A stretch of 64,000 bases of DNA from the NCBI GenBank assembly GCA_963704905.1, contig CAVPHZ010000002.1, forward strand, positions 75,011-139,010, read 5' to 3'. The notes beneath the pieces were generated by a model. It worked only from the letters and a program-made list of their open reading frames with translations. It had not been told where the DNA came from and searched no databases. The DNA comes from Candidatus Chisholmbacteria bacterium (GTDB lineage Bacteria; Patescibacteriota; Microgenomatia; UBA1400; Chisholmbacteraceae). Position numbers and translations under genes: made by a program. Numbering within the stretch: the first letter of the stretch is position 1; each line of letters begins with the position of its first letter. Of this stretch, positions 1 through 9,239 are shown piece by piece.

Positions 1-1
1 G

Positions 2-928
2 TCAAAAAAGCAGTCGCTTACACAAATAACAACTCGAGTTCTGGAAAAGCTTCCGAGCATTCTGGCTAAATATAATCCATCTATGGTTGCAATCCCATCA
101 GATCCACCTTCTGATCTTGCTGCCGCACTCGTAGGTTACTATCTCAAGATTCCTGTCGCACATATCGAATCAGGGCTTCGCACATACGATAAACACCATC
201 CCTTTCCGGAAGAAGTAGTACGGTTGCTTGTGGACCACATATCTGATCTCCATTTTGCTCCTACCCAGGAGACGAAAGAGAACTTACTTAAAGAGAATTT
301 CAAATCAAAAACAATCACTATCACTGGAAACACAGGTATCGACGCGTTAGCTATCATGATGAAAAAGGAAAAGTTAAAGAGAAATAAACGCGTTTTTAAA
401 TCATCAATGAATGTTCTTCTGACAACACATCGTCGAGAAAGTTGGGGTAAGCATATTGGATTAATCTTGAAAGCTGTTGCTTCAATTTCGAAAAAATTTC
501 CAGTTAACATAACATACCTAGTCCATCCTAATCCTGTTATTCAAAGTCAAGTGGACCTAATATTTAAGAATAGAGAAAACGTCAAGCTTACCCCACCAGC
601 ATCATATTCAGAGATGGTGCATTTACTGGCAATGTCTGATCTAATCATTACTGATTCTGGAGGAATTCAAGAAGAGGCAACATATCTGGGTATTCCAACG
701 CTTGTTGTAAGGGAAAAAACAGAAAGAAAAGAAGGGGTTAGAGCTGGTGTGTTGAAAGTCATTGGAAGACAGAAACAGATGATAATAAAAGAAGTTACAA
801 AGCTACTGACAGATGAAAAGGTATACAAAAAGATGGCTAGACCAAGTAATGTATATGGAGATGGGCATGCAAGTAAAAAAATCATTAAAAAAATCAAATA
901 TTATTTGTATATTACTAAGAATGGCTGA
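2..928 (+). CDS. wecB: UDP-N-acetylglucosamine 2-epimerase (non-hydrolysing), 5'-truncated at the window edge
   Basis: The reading frame is open from position 2. The HIESGLRT motif matches the epimerase HVEAGLRT catalytic motif, and the C-terminal DSGG.QEEA/GIP region fits the same family. The ORF track starts at the internal Met at 83. Confidence 0.8.
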   Translation, partial: SKKQSLTQITTRVLEKLPSILAKYNPSMVAIPSDPPSDLAAALVGYYLKIPVAHIESGLRTYDKHHPFPEEVVRLLVDHISDLHFAPTQETKENLLKENFKSKTITITGNTGIDALAIMMKKEKLKRNKRVFKSSMNVLLTTHRRESWGKHIGLILKAVASISKKFPVNITYLVHPNPVIQSQVDLIFKNRENVKLTPPASYSEMVHLLAMSDLIITDSGGIQEEATYLGIPTLVVREKTERKEGVRAGVLKVIGRQKQMIIKEVTKLLTDEKVYKKMARPSNVYGDGHASKKIIKKIKYYLYITKNG

Positions 929-1749
929 TGCCGCAGACCAACCCAATTAAAACTAAATACTTTCACTTTGCCGATAAGATTATTGAGAAGCGTTTCTCGT
1001 CTCCATTTCATCAGCGAAGATATATCCATAAAAAAAGTTACGATTCATTTTTAAAGCATGTGACACCAAGGCAAATTGTTGCTGATATTGGTTCAGGAGA
1101 GGGTGTTTTGAGTGCGCTCATGGCCAAAAAGAATACTCAAGTAGTGGCTGTCGAGATTTCAAAATCAAACATCGTTGCCGCTAAACAGTTCGCAAAACAC
1201 CTGGGTGTAAACGAAAACATCCATTTTGTCCTCGGTGATGCCGAAAATATACCGCTTAAAACAAAAAGAATTGATCTTGTAGTTTCCAGCCATGTACTAG
1301 AGCATTTACCAAGCTTTGATAGAGGGTTGTCAGAGTTAAAACGTATCGCAAAAGGGTGGATAATAATAGGAGTACCAACCTGTCTAAATTGGTGTGCAAT
1401 ACCACTCCTAGGAGGAGGTAACTATTGGCAATTAAGCTTATTTACTCCTCTCCACATAGTTAGAGGACTGCTCAGAATTATTATTAGTTTAGGAAGTGAG
1501 GGGGTCAATGAGGGATATGCTGGAACAAATTTACCCCATATTTGGAGATATCCTTGGACGCTTAGTAAGAGATTAAAGAAAGCGAATCTGAAAATTGAAT
1601 CCATTGAGGCTCCTAGTTTAGTACCACCGTATTTACTAACATACATAACAGCAATACTTCCAATATACAAATTAATTGATTTGGGCACACGATTACCTTT
1701 ACTCAAGCATATGGGATATGGGACAACATTGATGCTAAAAAATGACTAA
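928..1749 (+). CDS. Class I SAM-dependent methyltransferase (Methyltransf_11-like) with a hydrophobic C-terminal extension
   Basis: Motif I reads VADIGSGEGVL, followed by an acidic-loop and motif II region (VVAVEIS...FVLGDAENIP...IDLVVSSHVLEHL). The start overlaps the wecB stop. Confidence 0.7.
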   Translation: MPQTNPIKTKYFHFADKIIEKRFSSPFHQRRYIHKKSYDSFLKHVTPRQIVADIGSGEGVLSALMAKKNTQVVAVEISKSNIVAAKQFAKHLGVNENIHFVLGDAENIPLKTKRIDLVVSSHVLEHLPSFDRGLSELKRIAKGWIIIGVPTCLNWCAIPLLGGGNYWQLSLFTPLHIVRGLLRIIISLGSEGVNEGYAGTNLPHIWRYPWTLSKRLKKANLKIESIEAPSLVPPYLLTYITAILPIYKLIDLGTRLPLLKHMGYGTTLMLKND

Positions 1750-1758
1750 TTAATCCTA

Positions 1759-3006
1759 CTAAGTTGTTTGTGAATCAATTTTTAAAAATTGATACCAAGC
1801 ATAAGTACTCATTGAAAATCTTGAAATTATACGAGCTAAAATTGCACCTAGAATACCATATGTTGGGGTAAGTATGAGCAAGAAGGATACCTGTAGTACT
1901 GAGTACAGTAAGTTTAAATTTAGCAGTTTTTTAGAAAATCCCTGCGCTTGAAAAAAACTAGTAATCAGATTCATAGGTAATGCTAGTAAAGAAACTGAAA
2001 AAAGACGCGACAGTGAGATAGATTCGGAATATTCAGGAAAAAGCAACTTAAAGAGAAAGGGAGCTACAATGATGTAACTTCCAACAAGCGGTAAGAGAAA
2101 TAGAGTATAGGTCAAATAATGTCTACGGATTGACAATCGAAAAACATCTTGTTTCTGCTCAGAAAGTTTTGGAAGAGATAGTGAGCTAATGTTTTTCAAG
2201 AAACCCTTAAGTAGCTCAGGAATAGCTACTGCAAATGAAAATATAGCCAAGTCTTCAACGGTAAGGAAAGCACCAATGAGCACTTTGTCAAAATGGAATG
2301 CTACCAGAGCTGGAATTTCAGTAATACTCAATTTCAATCCGTATAAAGCATCTTTCTTAATTCCTTTTAGGGAGAATTGGAGTGAATATCCTTGAATGAC
2401 TGTAAGAGTATAGAACGCTCGAAATAAGACCTCAGGAATAATTGAAACAGCTATGAGGACAAGGACAGAACGAATACCGATTGATAACAAAAGTACGAGT
2501 AAAACAGATGTAATAGTTGTTGGTATCAAATTAAGTAAATTTTCCCTGCGAAATTGTTTTTTACCTTGTAGATCTGAACTGTATAGCTTGAATCCATGAT
2601 AAAAAGGGAATACAAAAGCTAAAAGGAGTAAGGGTTTTGCAACAACTGTATCCACAATAAAAATTGCAAATATAACTAAAGTAATCATTCCAAAAATTGA
2701 ACTTAAAAAAGTCAATAAAATCATTTGAGGAAGTATAAAGGTTCGATTCCTTGACACTGCTCTAACGACAGCTACACCCATTCCAGATAAACCAAAAAAA
2801 CCAAATAACTGAAATAAAGATTGAGTATATGTATATTGTCCGAAAAGCTCTTTAGATAGAAAACGGCTGAATGCAACTGCCGTAACGAATGATGCAAGTG
2901 CAGATACACCCTGCCCGATGCTCATCCATGTAAAATTCTTACCGAAGTAACGGACATCTAACCCAAGCGTAGATTCAAGACGATGAACGATTGATGATTT
3001 ATTCAT
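1759..3006 (-). CDS. Polysaccharide biosynthesis protein / oligosaccharide flippase (MOP/Wzx-like)
   Basis: 415-aa polytopic membrane protein (about 12 predicted TM helices) with a basic N-terminus typical of the Wzx/MATE-like flippase family, sitting in a glycosylation cluster. Confidence 0.6.
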   Translation of the reverse strand: MNKSSIVHRLESTLGLDVRYFGKNFTWMSIGQGVSALASFVTAVAFSRFLSKELFGQYTYTQSLFQLFGFFGLSGMGVAVVRAVSRNRTFILPQMILLTFLSSIFGMITLVIFAIFIVDTVVAKPLLLLAFVFPFYHGFKLYSSDLQGKKQFRRENLLNLIPTTITSVLLVLLLSIGIRSVLVLIAVSIIPEVLFRAFYTLTVIQGYSLQFSLKGIKKDALYGLKLSITEIPALVAFHFDKVLIGAFLTVEDLAIFSFAVAIPELLKGFLKNISSLSLPKLSEQKQDVFRLSIRRHYLTYTLFLLPLVGSYIIVAPFLFKLLFPEYSESISLSRLFSVSLLALPMNLITSFFQAQGFSKKLLNLNLLYSVLQVSFLLILTPTYGILGAILARIISRFSMSTYAWYQFLKIDSQTT

Positions 3007-3042
3007 GACGAAGATATTATACGGGATAGTTGAACGTTAAAG

Positions 3043-3915
3043 GTGGTGATGATGATGAGGATGTATAATATCTTCACTGTGAATAAAGATGATCTGCTAT
3101 TTATCTTTTTCCCGTTCGTACTTGCTGGAGCCATTATCTTTGGACATTACCGCTTATTATTTGAGAACAATCCAGAGGCTCATATCGCTCCTGCATCATC
3201 GCAAAGTTTGGTTCAGCTGATTGAGAATAAAGATCTCGTACCGGTGACAATCTCAACTCCAATTCCACAAAAAATTATTAGTATTGCTCAGGAAATCCCT
3301 ACAAGTGATAAACAGCTAACCGAACTAATGAGTCAGGCAGAATCACAAGGAGCCAATACCATACTACTTTTTGTTGGATTGGCTATTGATTTGGATGGAA
3401 ATGTATACATGCCCAAGGCTGATGCCAGCTCTGAGGAAATGCTCATTCGCTGGACAAAAAAAACAGTGAGTGAAGCACACAAGTATGGACTTCACACCTA
3501 CGTCGCCTTAACCATTGTTGAGGAACCAAAAATACAGAACATCAATACTTTTATGAAACAGGTTAGCGGATACATCGATCGTTGGTCAAGCATGGCGCAT
3601 GAATATCATGTTTCCTTTTTTGATCCGGGATTAATTGTTGGTCATCCTACCTATCGAAGCCTTTCTCAAGCGGATCAAAATCTGCTGGGGGTCTTTTTTG
3701 AGAGAAAAACCAGAGAAACCTACACCGGCAGAATTGGCGTACAGGTATGTTGCGGAGCCTCAAGCTTGTTGCCCGGTGGTTATAATCATCTGCTCTTAAT
3801 TACTCGTTCGGGGAATGTTGAATATAGTCAGGAAGCCCTCGATCTATTGAAAAAGCCAGGTATTGAATATATTTTTCTCCTGGATCTGGAACATCAGCGA
3901 ATGACGTCGCTCTAG
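3043..3915 (+). CDS. Hypothetical membrane-anchored protein
   Basis: 290-aa ORF with an N-terminal TM segment (FIFFPFVLAGAIIFG) and no recognisable motif. The start may be the internal Met at 3055. Confidence 0.35.
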   Translation: MVMMMRMYNIFTVNKDDLLFIFFPFVLAGAIIFGHYRLLFENNPEAHIAPASSQSLVQLIENKDLVPVTISTPIPQKIISIAQEIPTSDKQLTELMSQAESQGANTILLFVGLAIDLDGNVYMPKADASSEEMLIRWTKKTVSEAHKYGLHTYVALTIVEEPKIQNINTFMKQVSGYIDRWSSMAHEYHVSFFDPGLIVGHPTYRSLSQADQNLLGVFFERKTRETYTGRIGVQVCCGASSLLPGGYNHLLLITRSGNVEYSQEALDLLKKPGIEYIFLLDLEHQRMTSL

Positions 3916-3945
3916 CAGTGGCGCAGATGAAGATAACTCAAGAAT

Positions 3946-4896
3946 TTAAATCTGTTTTTTAAAGTAATCAATGGTCGATTTGAGGCCATCATCGAGTGTT
4001 ACTTTCGCTTCATACTTAAGTATTTGCTTTGCCTTAGCCAATGCCGGTTTCCGTCTGGCAGGATCATCTTCCCGGGCCCTCGCATACACAATATTTGAAG
4101 ATGTATTGGTGAGTTTTTTAATCTGTAAAGCCAGGTCAAGCATCGTGAATTCTTTATCGGTACCAATGTTAATAGGAGTATTTCGAGCTTGAGGCGAATC
4201 CATAGCCCGGATGATAAATTCAACTAAGTCAGTCACATAACAAAAACTTCGTGTTTGCCTTCCATCTCCATGAACGGTAAGCGGTTCACCGCGCAATGCC
4301 TGCATGACAAAGTTCGGTATGACTCTGCCGTCACGGGGATCCATTCGTGGCCCGTACGTGTTGAAAATGCGCACATATCGAACGTCGAGGTTAAACTTCC
4401 GTGCAAATGTGGTCACCGCCATTTCACCAAACCGCTTTGAAACGTCATAACAGGCGCGTACACCAATGGGATTGACATTCCCCCAGTATTTCTCCTTCTG
4501 CGGGTGTTCCAGCGGATCACCATACACCTCAGAAGTTGAGGCATAGAGAAATTTGGCATTGCTTTTTTTGGCATACTCTAATAAGTAATGAGTGCCAAAT
4601 GAGTTAACCTTATATGTTGCAATCGGCTCATCCATATAACCCCGTGGACTTGCAGGACTGGCAAAATGAAACAGTTCATCAATCTGAAGATTGGAGCTGA
4701 GATAGCTTTTGACAGGCTCTGAAACATCTGCTTCGAGTAAAGTGAAAGATTCATTATGCTTCAGATGCTCAATATTCTTCTTGTTTCCCGTAATGTAATT
4801 ATCAACAGCAATAACCTTCTTTCCCTCTGAAAGAAGTCGTTCACAAAGATGCGATCCGATAAATCCAGCTCCGCCGGTAACCAATGCAGTTTTCAT
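3946..4896 (-). CDS. UDP-glucuronate decarboxylase (UDP-xylose synthase), SDR family
   Basis: Near-colinear match to UXS enzymes: GGAGFIGSH Rossmann motif, ASTSEVYGDP, the YDVSKR catalytic YxxxK, RIFNTYGPRM, and DGRQTRSFCYV. Confidence 0.85.
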   Translation of the reverse strand: MKTALVTGGAGFIGSHLCERLLSEGKKVIAVDNYITGNKKNIEHLKHNESFTLLEADVSEPVKSYLSSNLQIDELFHFASPASPRGYMDEPIATYKVNSFGTHYLLEYAKKSNAKFLYASTSEVYGDPLEHPQKEKYWGNVNPIGVRACYDVSKRFGEMAVTTFARKFNLDVRYVRIFNTYGPRMDPRDGRVIPNFVMQALRGEPLTVHGDGRQTRSFCYVTDLVEFIIRAMDSPQARNTPINIGTDKEFTMLDLALQIKKLTNTSSNIVYARAREDDPARRKPALAKAKQILKYEAKVTLDDGLKSTIDYFKKQI

Positions 4897-4924
4897 AACC
4901 CCACAGATTGTATACTATACAAGA

Positions 4925-6496
4925 ATGAAATCCACTGAAAAAACCTTACTTATTCTACTGCTGTTAGTAACCTTTTTCAAAGGTGTGGTATGGTCGGCGT
5001 TTATTCCCATATGGCATACACCCGACGAGCAAGCCCATTTTGCTCAGGTGCAATACTATGCTGAAACAAATAGCAGAACATTCGCGGGCAACGATCTTTC
5101 CAAAGAAGTGTACGAGTCGGAACGGCTGTTAGGCACCTTACGTGATGATATGGGAAATAACGCCTTCACCTACCACCCGGAGTACAACATTGACTTTGGT
5201 ACAACAACAACGGGAATTTATGAATATCAGCTTTCAACGCTTCCCCATAGTTTTCGTACAGAATTTGTCAAAAAAGAAGCAGCCAGATATCCACCGCTGT
5301 TCTATATCATTAGTAGTCTAGGGTATAGAGTTGGAATGAATTCAGACATATTCGTCCGCATATTTCTGACAAGATATATATCGATAATCATGGGCACAGC
5401 AACCGTATGGATAAGTTATCTTTTAGCCAAGGAGATATTTTCCCGGAATGGGTTGCTATCAATTTCTATCGCAGCGTTTGTTTCATTTCAGCCAATGTTT
5501 ACCTTCCTGAATGCAGGTATAAATAATGATAATTTAATGAATCTGCTAGCCACAATTTTGCTCTGGTTGATGGTCAGAAGCCTGCGAACAGGAATCACCC
5601 TTGCAAGCAGTATCGCTATGGGCCTGGTAATCGGTTTAGGTATCATCACCAAGCAATTACTCTATCCGTTTATTCCGCTTCCGATACTGGTTTTTGGTTA
5701 TGAAATCCTCTTTCGCAAGGACAGGCAATCTAGTGCAGTCAAGAAAGTTATTCCCTTTCTCTTTGCACTGGTTCTTTTTGGCGGGATGGTATTTATTCAG
5801 CAATGGATACGAGGCGGCAAGCTTCCTGCCTGGCCATCTGGATCTGCTTCAGCTGCATCGGCCGACCTAACGATAACCGACTATCTCTTACAAAAATTTC
5901 CCCAGCTCTATAGAGAGACTTTTCCTTGGTATTGGGGGGTTTTCAAATGGTTGGGGGTTGTCTTGCCACTTAATGTTCTTCGGGCAATTAAAGTGGCTAT
6001 TGCAATTTCATTCATCGGCTTAGTAAAATACATCGCGAGCCAATTTAAGTTGAGAAAGTTAACAACTCAAGATTGGCAATTTCTGCTACTCATATTTTCC
6101 TCTGCCTGGTATATATACTGGTTGTTGATGTGGGATTTCATGCTCATCCGTTCGATAGGATTTTCACACGGATTACAGGGAAGGTACTTTTTTCCCAACC
6201 TGGCAGCTCATCTCACCTTAATCGCATTTGGGTTTTGGAACATTTCAAATCGTTATAAAATTAATATTCTTAAAGTCATGACCATCGCTATGATTGCTCT
6301 CAACACCATTGGACTCTACACAGTAATACACAGCTATTACCAGGTGTTCCCCATCTCGGTTCTTATAACTCAGGCGAGTCAATATAAACCATTGGTATTT
6401 AAAGGTCTTGGTTTGGTTGCTTGGGTAGCAATATACATTGCGTTATCTGGACAATTTATATCTCAGTATCTGTCATATAAGAAAGAGGACGCATGA
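4925..6496 (+). CDS. Polytopic membrane protein, DUF2142-like (putative GT-C-type glycosyltransferase)
   Basis: 523 aa with a signal-anchor followed by IPIWHTPDEQAHF (the PDE...H motif I recall for DUF2142) and many TM helices. It is coupled to the downstream gene by an ATGA overlap. Confidence 0.45.
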   Translation: MKSTEKTLLILLLLVTFFKGVVWSAFIPIWHTPDEQAHFAQVQYYAETNSRTFAGNDLSKEVYESERLLGTLRDDMGNNAFTYHPEYNIDFGTTTTGIYEYQLSTLPHSFRTEFVKKEAARYPPLFYIISSLGYRVGMNSDIFVRIFLTRYISIIMGTATVWISYLLAKEIFSRNGLLSISIAAFVSFQPMFTFLNAGINNDNLMNLLATILLWLMVRSLRTGITLASSIAMGLVIGLGIITKQLLYPFIPLPILVFGYEILFRKDRQSSAVKKVIPFLFALVLFGGMVFIQQWIRGGKLPAWPSGSASAASADLTITDYLLQKFPQLYRETFPWYWGVFKWLGVVLPLNVLRAIKVAIAISFIGLVKYIASQFKLRKLTTQDWQFLLLIFSSAWYIYWLLMWDFMLIRSIGFSHGLQGRYFFPNLAAHLTLIAFGFWNISNRYKINILKVMTIAMIALNTIGLYTVIHSYYQVFPISVLITQASQYKPLVFKGLGLVAWVAIYIALSGQFISQYLSYKKEDA

Positions 6497-7236
6497 TAGT
6501 AGGTATTATCGGAATGGGAGAGGTCGGAGGCGCAATAAAAAAGCTGTGTGAGAAGAAGCATGAAGTCTACTGGAGAACTCGTTCGGAAGACACGCTCAGC
6601 GGAAAACAGATTGATATTCTTCATTTATGTTTTCCATTCAATGAGAATTTTAAGCAAACAGCAATCGATGCTATCAATGAATTACGCCCGAAGTTAGTTA
6701 TTAATGATTCATCTGTCGAGCCAGGAGTTACTGAAGATATTTATAGTGCAACCAACACGCTTATCGTGCACGCTCCAATTATTGGCAAACACCCAGATCT
6801 ATATAAATATTTGTTTGAACTTGACAAGATCATCGGCCCGATCAATGATGAAGCATTTCAGTTAGCCAAGCTGCACTTTGAAGACTTAGGAGTCAAAACA
6901 GTCAGATTTAATTCACCTAGAGAGTCTGAGCTAGCCAAGATTTTATCAACAACCTACTACGGATGGAATATCATATTTGAGAAATTTGTTCATCGACTTT
7001 GCAAAGAGCAAGGTCTGGAGTTTGACAATGTTTATACAAAATTAAATACACTCTACAACGAAGGCTATGCGAAAACTCTGCCATATGTACGAAGACCAGT
7101 GTTGAAACACGAAGATGGTGAAATCGGAGGGCATTGCATAGTTCCCAACGCCAGAATCATCAATAGCTGGATCAACGACGAGTTCACGCAATTCTTACTT
7201 GCCCAAAATGAAAAAGCCAAAGCAGCAAAAGAGTAG
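6493..7236 (+). CDS. Short UDP-sugar dehydrogenase-family-like NAD-binding protein (lacks the C-terminal UDP-binding domain)
   Basis: N-terminal GIIGMGEVGG Rossmann motif. A central-domain-like segment ends in GEIGGHCIVPN, resembling the catalytic GxGGxC(L/I)PxD of UDP-glucose/ManNAc dehydrogenases. It is only 247 aa and the next gene starts immediately. Confidence 0.4.
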   Translation: MIVGIIGMGEVGGAIKKLCEKKHEVYWRTRSEDTLSGKQIDILHLCFPFNENFKQTAIDAINELRPKLVINDSSVEPGVTEDIYSATNTLIVHAPIIGKHPDLYKYLFELDKIIGPINDEAFQLAKLHFEDLGVKTVRFNSPRESELAKILSTTYYGWNIIFEKFVHRLCKEQGLEFDNVYTKLNTLYNEGYAKTLPYVRRPVLKHEDGEIGGHCIVPNARIINSWINDEFTQFLLAQNEKAKAAKE

Positions 7237-8713
7237 TAGGAAACTCGTTTATAAACTTTTTCCGTTAATAGGTATTCTCCTTTTGGCCATTTTTTTTCGC
7301 TTCTACAAGCTCGGAGATCTCCTTCACTGGACGCTCGATGAGGAGTATTGGGCCTACGTTTCATATAATCTTTCTACGGGATATCACATTCCCTTGATTG
7401 GTGGTCCGGTTTCCGGAACCGGAATGCAATTAGGGCCTCTTTACGTCTGGCTCATGGCTTTGCCGTTTGCGATTTTCCACGGAGATCCTATTGGAGTGGG
7501 AGCATTGATGTCACTTCTGGGTGTGGTCACAACCGGTTTGTTGTACTTAGTCACAACAAAAATTTGGGATCGCAAAGTCGGTTTCATAGCTTCCCTCATG
7601 TGGGCGTGCTCCTTCTTGGTTACTATCTACGATAGAAAATTTTGGAACGCAAGCCCAATACCCTTGTTGAGTTTAATGGCATTCTTTTGCGTGTATCAAA
7701 TCTCAAAAGGAAAACTCCGCTGGACGTACCTGCTTGCGGTTACGTTGGCAATTGCCTTCCATGCTCACATGACATCAGCTGCATTATTTCTGTTTGTTTT
7801 TGTGAGTTGGTTGTTGCTGAAAATTCCGCTAAGGAAAAAACAAGCACTGCTGAGTATTACAGTATTTCTCCTGCTGCAAACGCCATTAGCACTCTTTGAG
7901 CTGCGACACGAGTATTTCAATACCAACGCAATAATATCATTCGTCTCGCAAAAGAAGCAGCGAACATCCATCATGCAGTCAGTACAAGACGTAGGGAGTC
8001 TCGCTCTCAACACCTCTTCAAGGCTCATCTATGTACACCCAAATAGAGATATCGCTGACGAATTAACACTTTGTAGAGACTATGCTCAGAAGAGAACCAT
8101 TCCTTCCGCAGTATTTTCAATACCTATCCTGATCTCGATAGCCTCTATGATAAAACGTCGTTCAGGAACAGGGGAGAAACTCGTACTCATACTAGTGCTG
8201 ACGAATCTTCTTGGTCTGCTCTGGTTTCGCATCAACGCAAATCAGCAGAGTTGGTATACAGGACAACTGAATGAATACTACTTACTACCAAGTTTCCCGG
8301 CATATTTCATGATCATCGCTTTGACTTTTCGAGACGTATCAAGACGAAGCGCAATATTAAAGTGGATTATTATTGGTGGATTGTTACTCTACGCACTGTC
8401 TAATACCCAAACTCTGCTTTCAGCCAGGCACTCAGGAGGTTTTCAAAAGAAAAAAGAAATAATCAATAAAGTATTGTTGGACGTTCACAACAGACCATTT
8501 ACATTTACAGTTAAAAGCAAAGATAAGTGCCGTTTGTATGGGTATCGTTATCTGCTAACGGTAAGAAATCAGGAACCAGTAAACAGTTATCTCGATGGAC
8601 AGTTTGGCTGGTTGTATGAAAAAAGACTCTCAGCAGTCAAACCTGAACTGCAAGTTACAGTGCAGTATGAAGACGGAAAGATGAGCTATGTAATCGAACC
8701 TTCGGAACAATAA
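7199..8713 (+). CDS. GT-C fold membrane glycosyltransferase (family 39/83, ArnT/PMT-like)
   Basis: 504 aa with a basic N-terminus, then a TM helix followed by WTLDEEYW (a DE-type GT-C loop motif), multiple TM helices and a soluble C-terminal domain. Confidence 0.6.
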   Translation: MPKMKKPKQQKSSRKLVYKLFPLIGILLLAIFFRFYKLGDLLHWTLDEEYWAYVSYNLSTGYHIPLIGGPVSGTGMQLGPLYVWLMALPFAIFHGDPIGVGALMSLLGVVTTGLLYLVTTKIWDRKVGFIASLMWACSFLVTIYDRKFWNASPIPLLSLMAFFCVYQISKGKLRWTYLLAVTLAIAFHAHMTSAALFLFVFVSWLLLKIPLRKKQALLSITVFLLLQTPLALFELRHEYFNTNAIISFVSQKKQRTSIMQSVQDVGSLALNTSSRLIYVHPNRDIADELTLCRDYAQKRTIPSAVFSIPILISIASMIKRRSGTGEKLVLILVLTNLLGLLWFRINANQQSWYTGQLNEYYLLPSFPAYFMIIALTFRDVSRRSAILKWIIIGGLLLYALSNTQTLLSARHSGGFQKKKEIINKVLLDVHNRPFTFTVKSKDKCRLYGYRYLLTVRNQEPVNSYLDGQFGWLYEKRLSAVKPELQVTVQYEDGKMSYVIEPSEQ

Positions 8714-8736
8714 CAAATAAAAATCAAAATAAGATA

Positions 8737-9147
8737 CTACTCTTCTTCAGTGATCCTACCCAGAATCTTATTTTGTACTCCATATGAAACCAGAAACGTA
8801 CCTATTAATATAAGAATCGAAACTATAAGATTATCCTGGAAAAACCATGAGATCGATGAATAAAAAAACGTTACAGCAATGAGCGCCGACATTGCTGCGA
8901 TTTTTAACCGCTCTAATTTATATTGCTGCTCATAGAAAAGGGCGTCTTTGGTGCGGTAGTTTTCCTGTATTTTTTCCCGATCTTTGAGACGAATAAGAAT
9001 AGTCATTCCCCACATCCAAATGACAAATCCGAGCCAAAACATCTGCCAGATATATTGGAAACCTCCTTGAGTAACCAAAATGTGTCCAGTACCAAGAAAA
9101 ATTGATAAAAAAAGGAGAACCCCAACCAATTGAAGAAATCTAAGCAT
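8737..9147 (-). CDS. Small hypothetical membrane protein
   Basis: 136 aa with 3-4 predicted TM helices. It is the only minus-strand ORF here and is transcribed divergently from the flippase at 9240. Confidence 0.35.
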   Translation of the reverse strand: MLRFLQLVGVLLFLSIFLGTGHILVTQGGFQYIWQMFWLGFVIWMWGMTILIRLKDREKIQENYRTKDALFYEQQYKLERLKIAAMSALIAVTFFYSSISWFFQDNLIVSILILIGTFLVSYGVQNKILGRITEEE

Positions 9148-9239
9148 ATCGAGTTCTTTCTATATCTACTCTGACATATTATGAGCCTCAATGCAAATAG
9201 GTTCTCTCGCTCACCTCTGATACAATTAATAAAGACACG

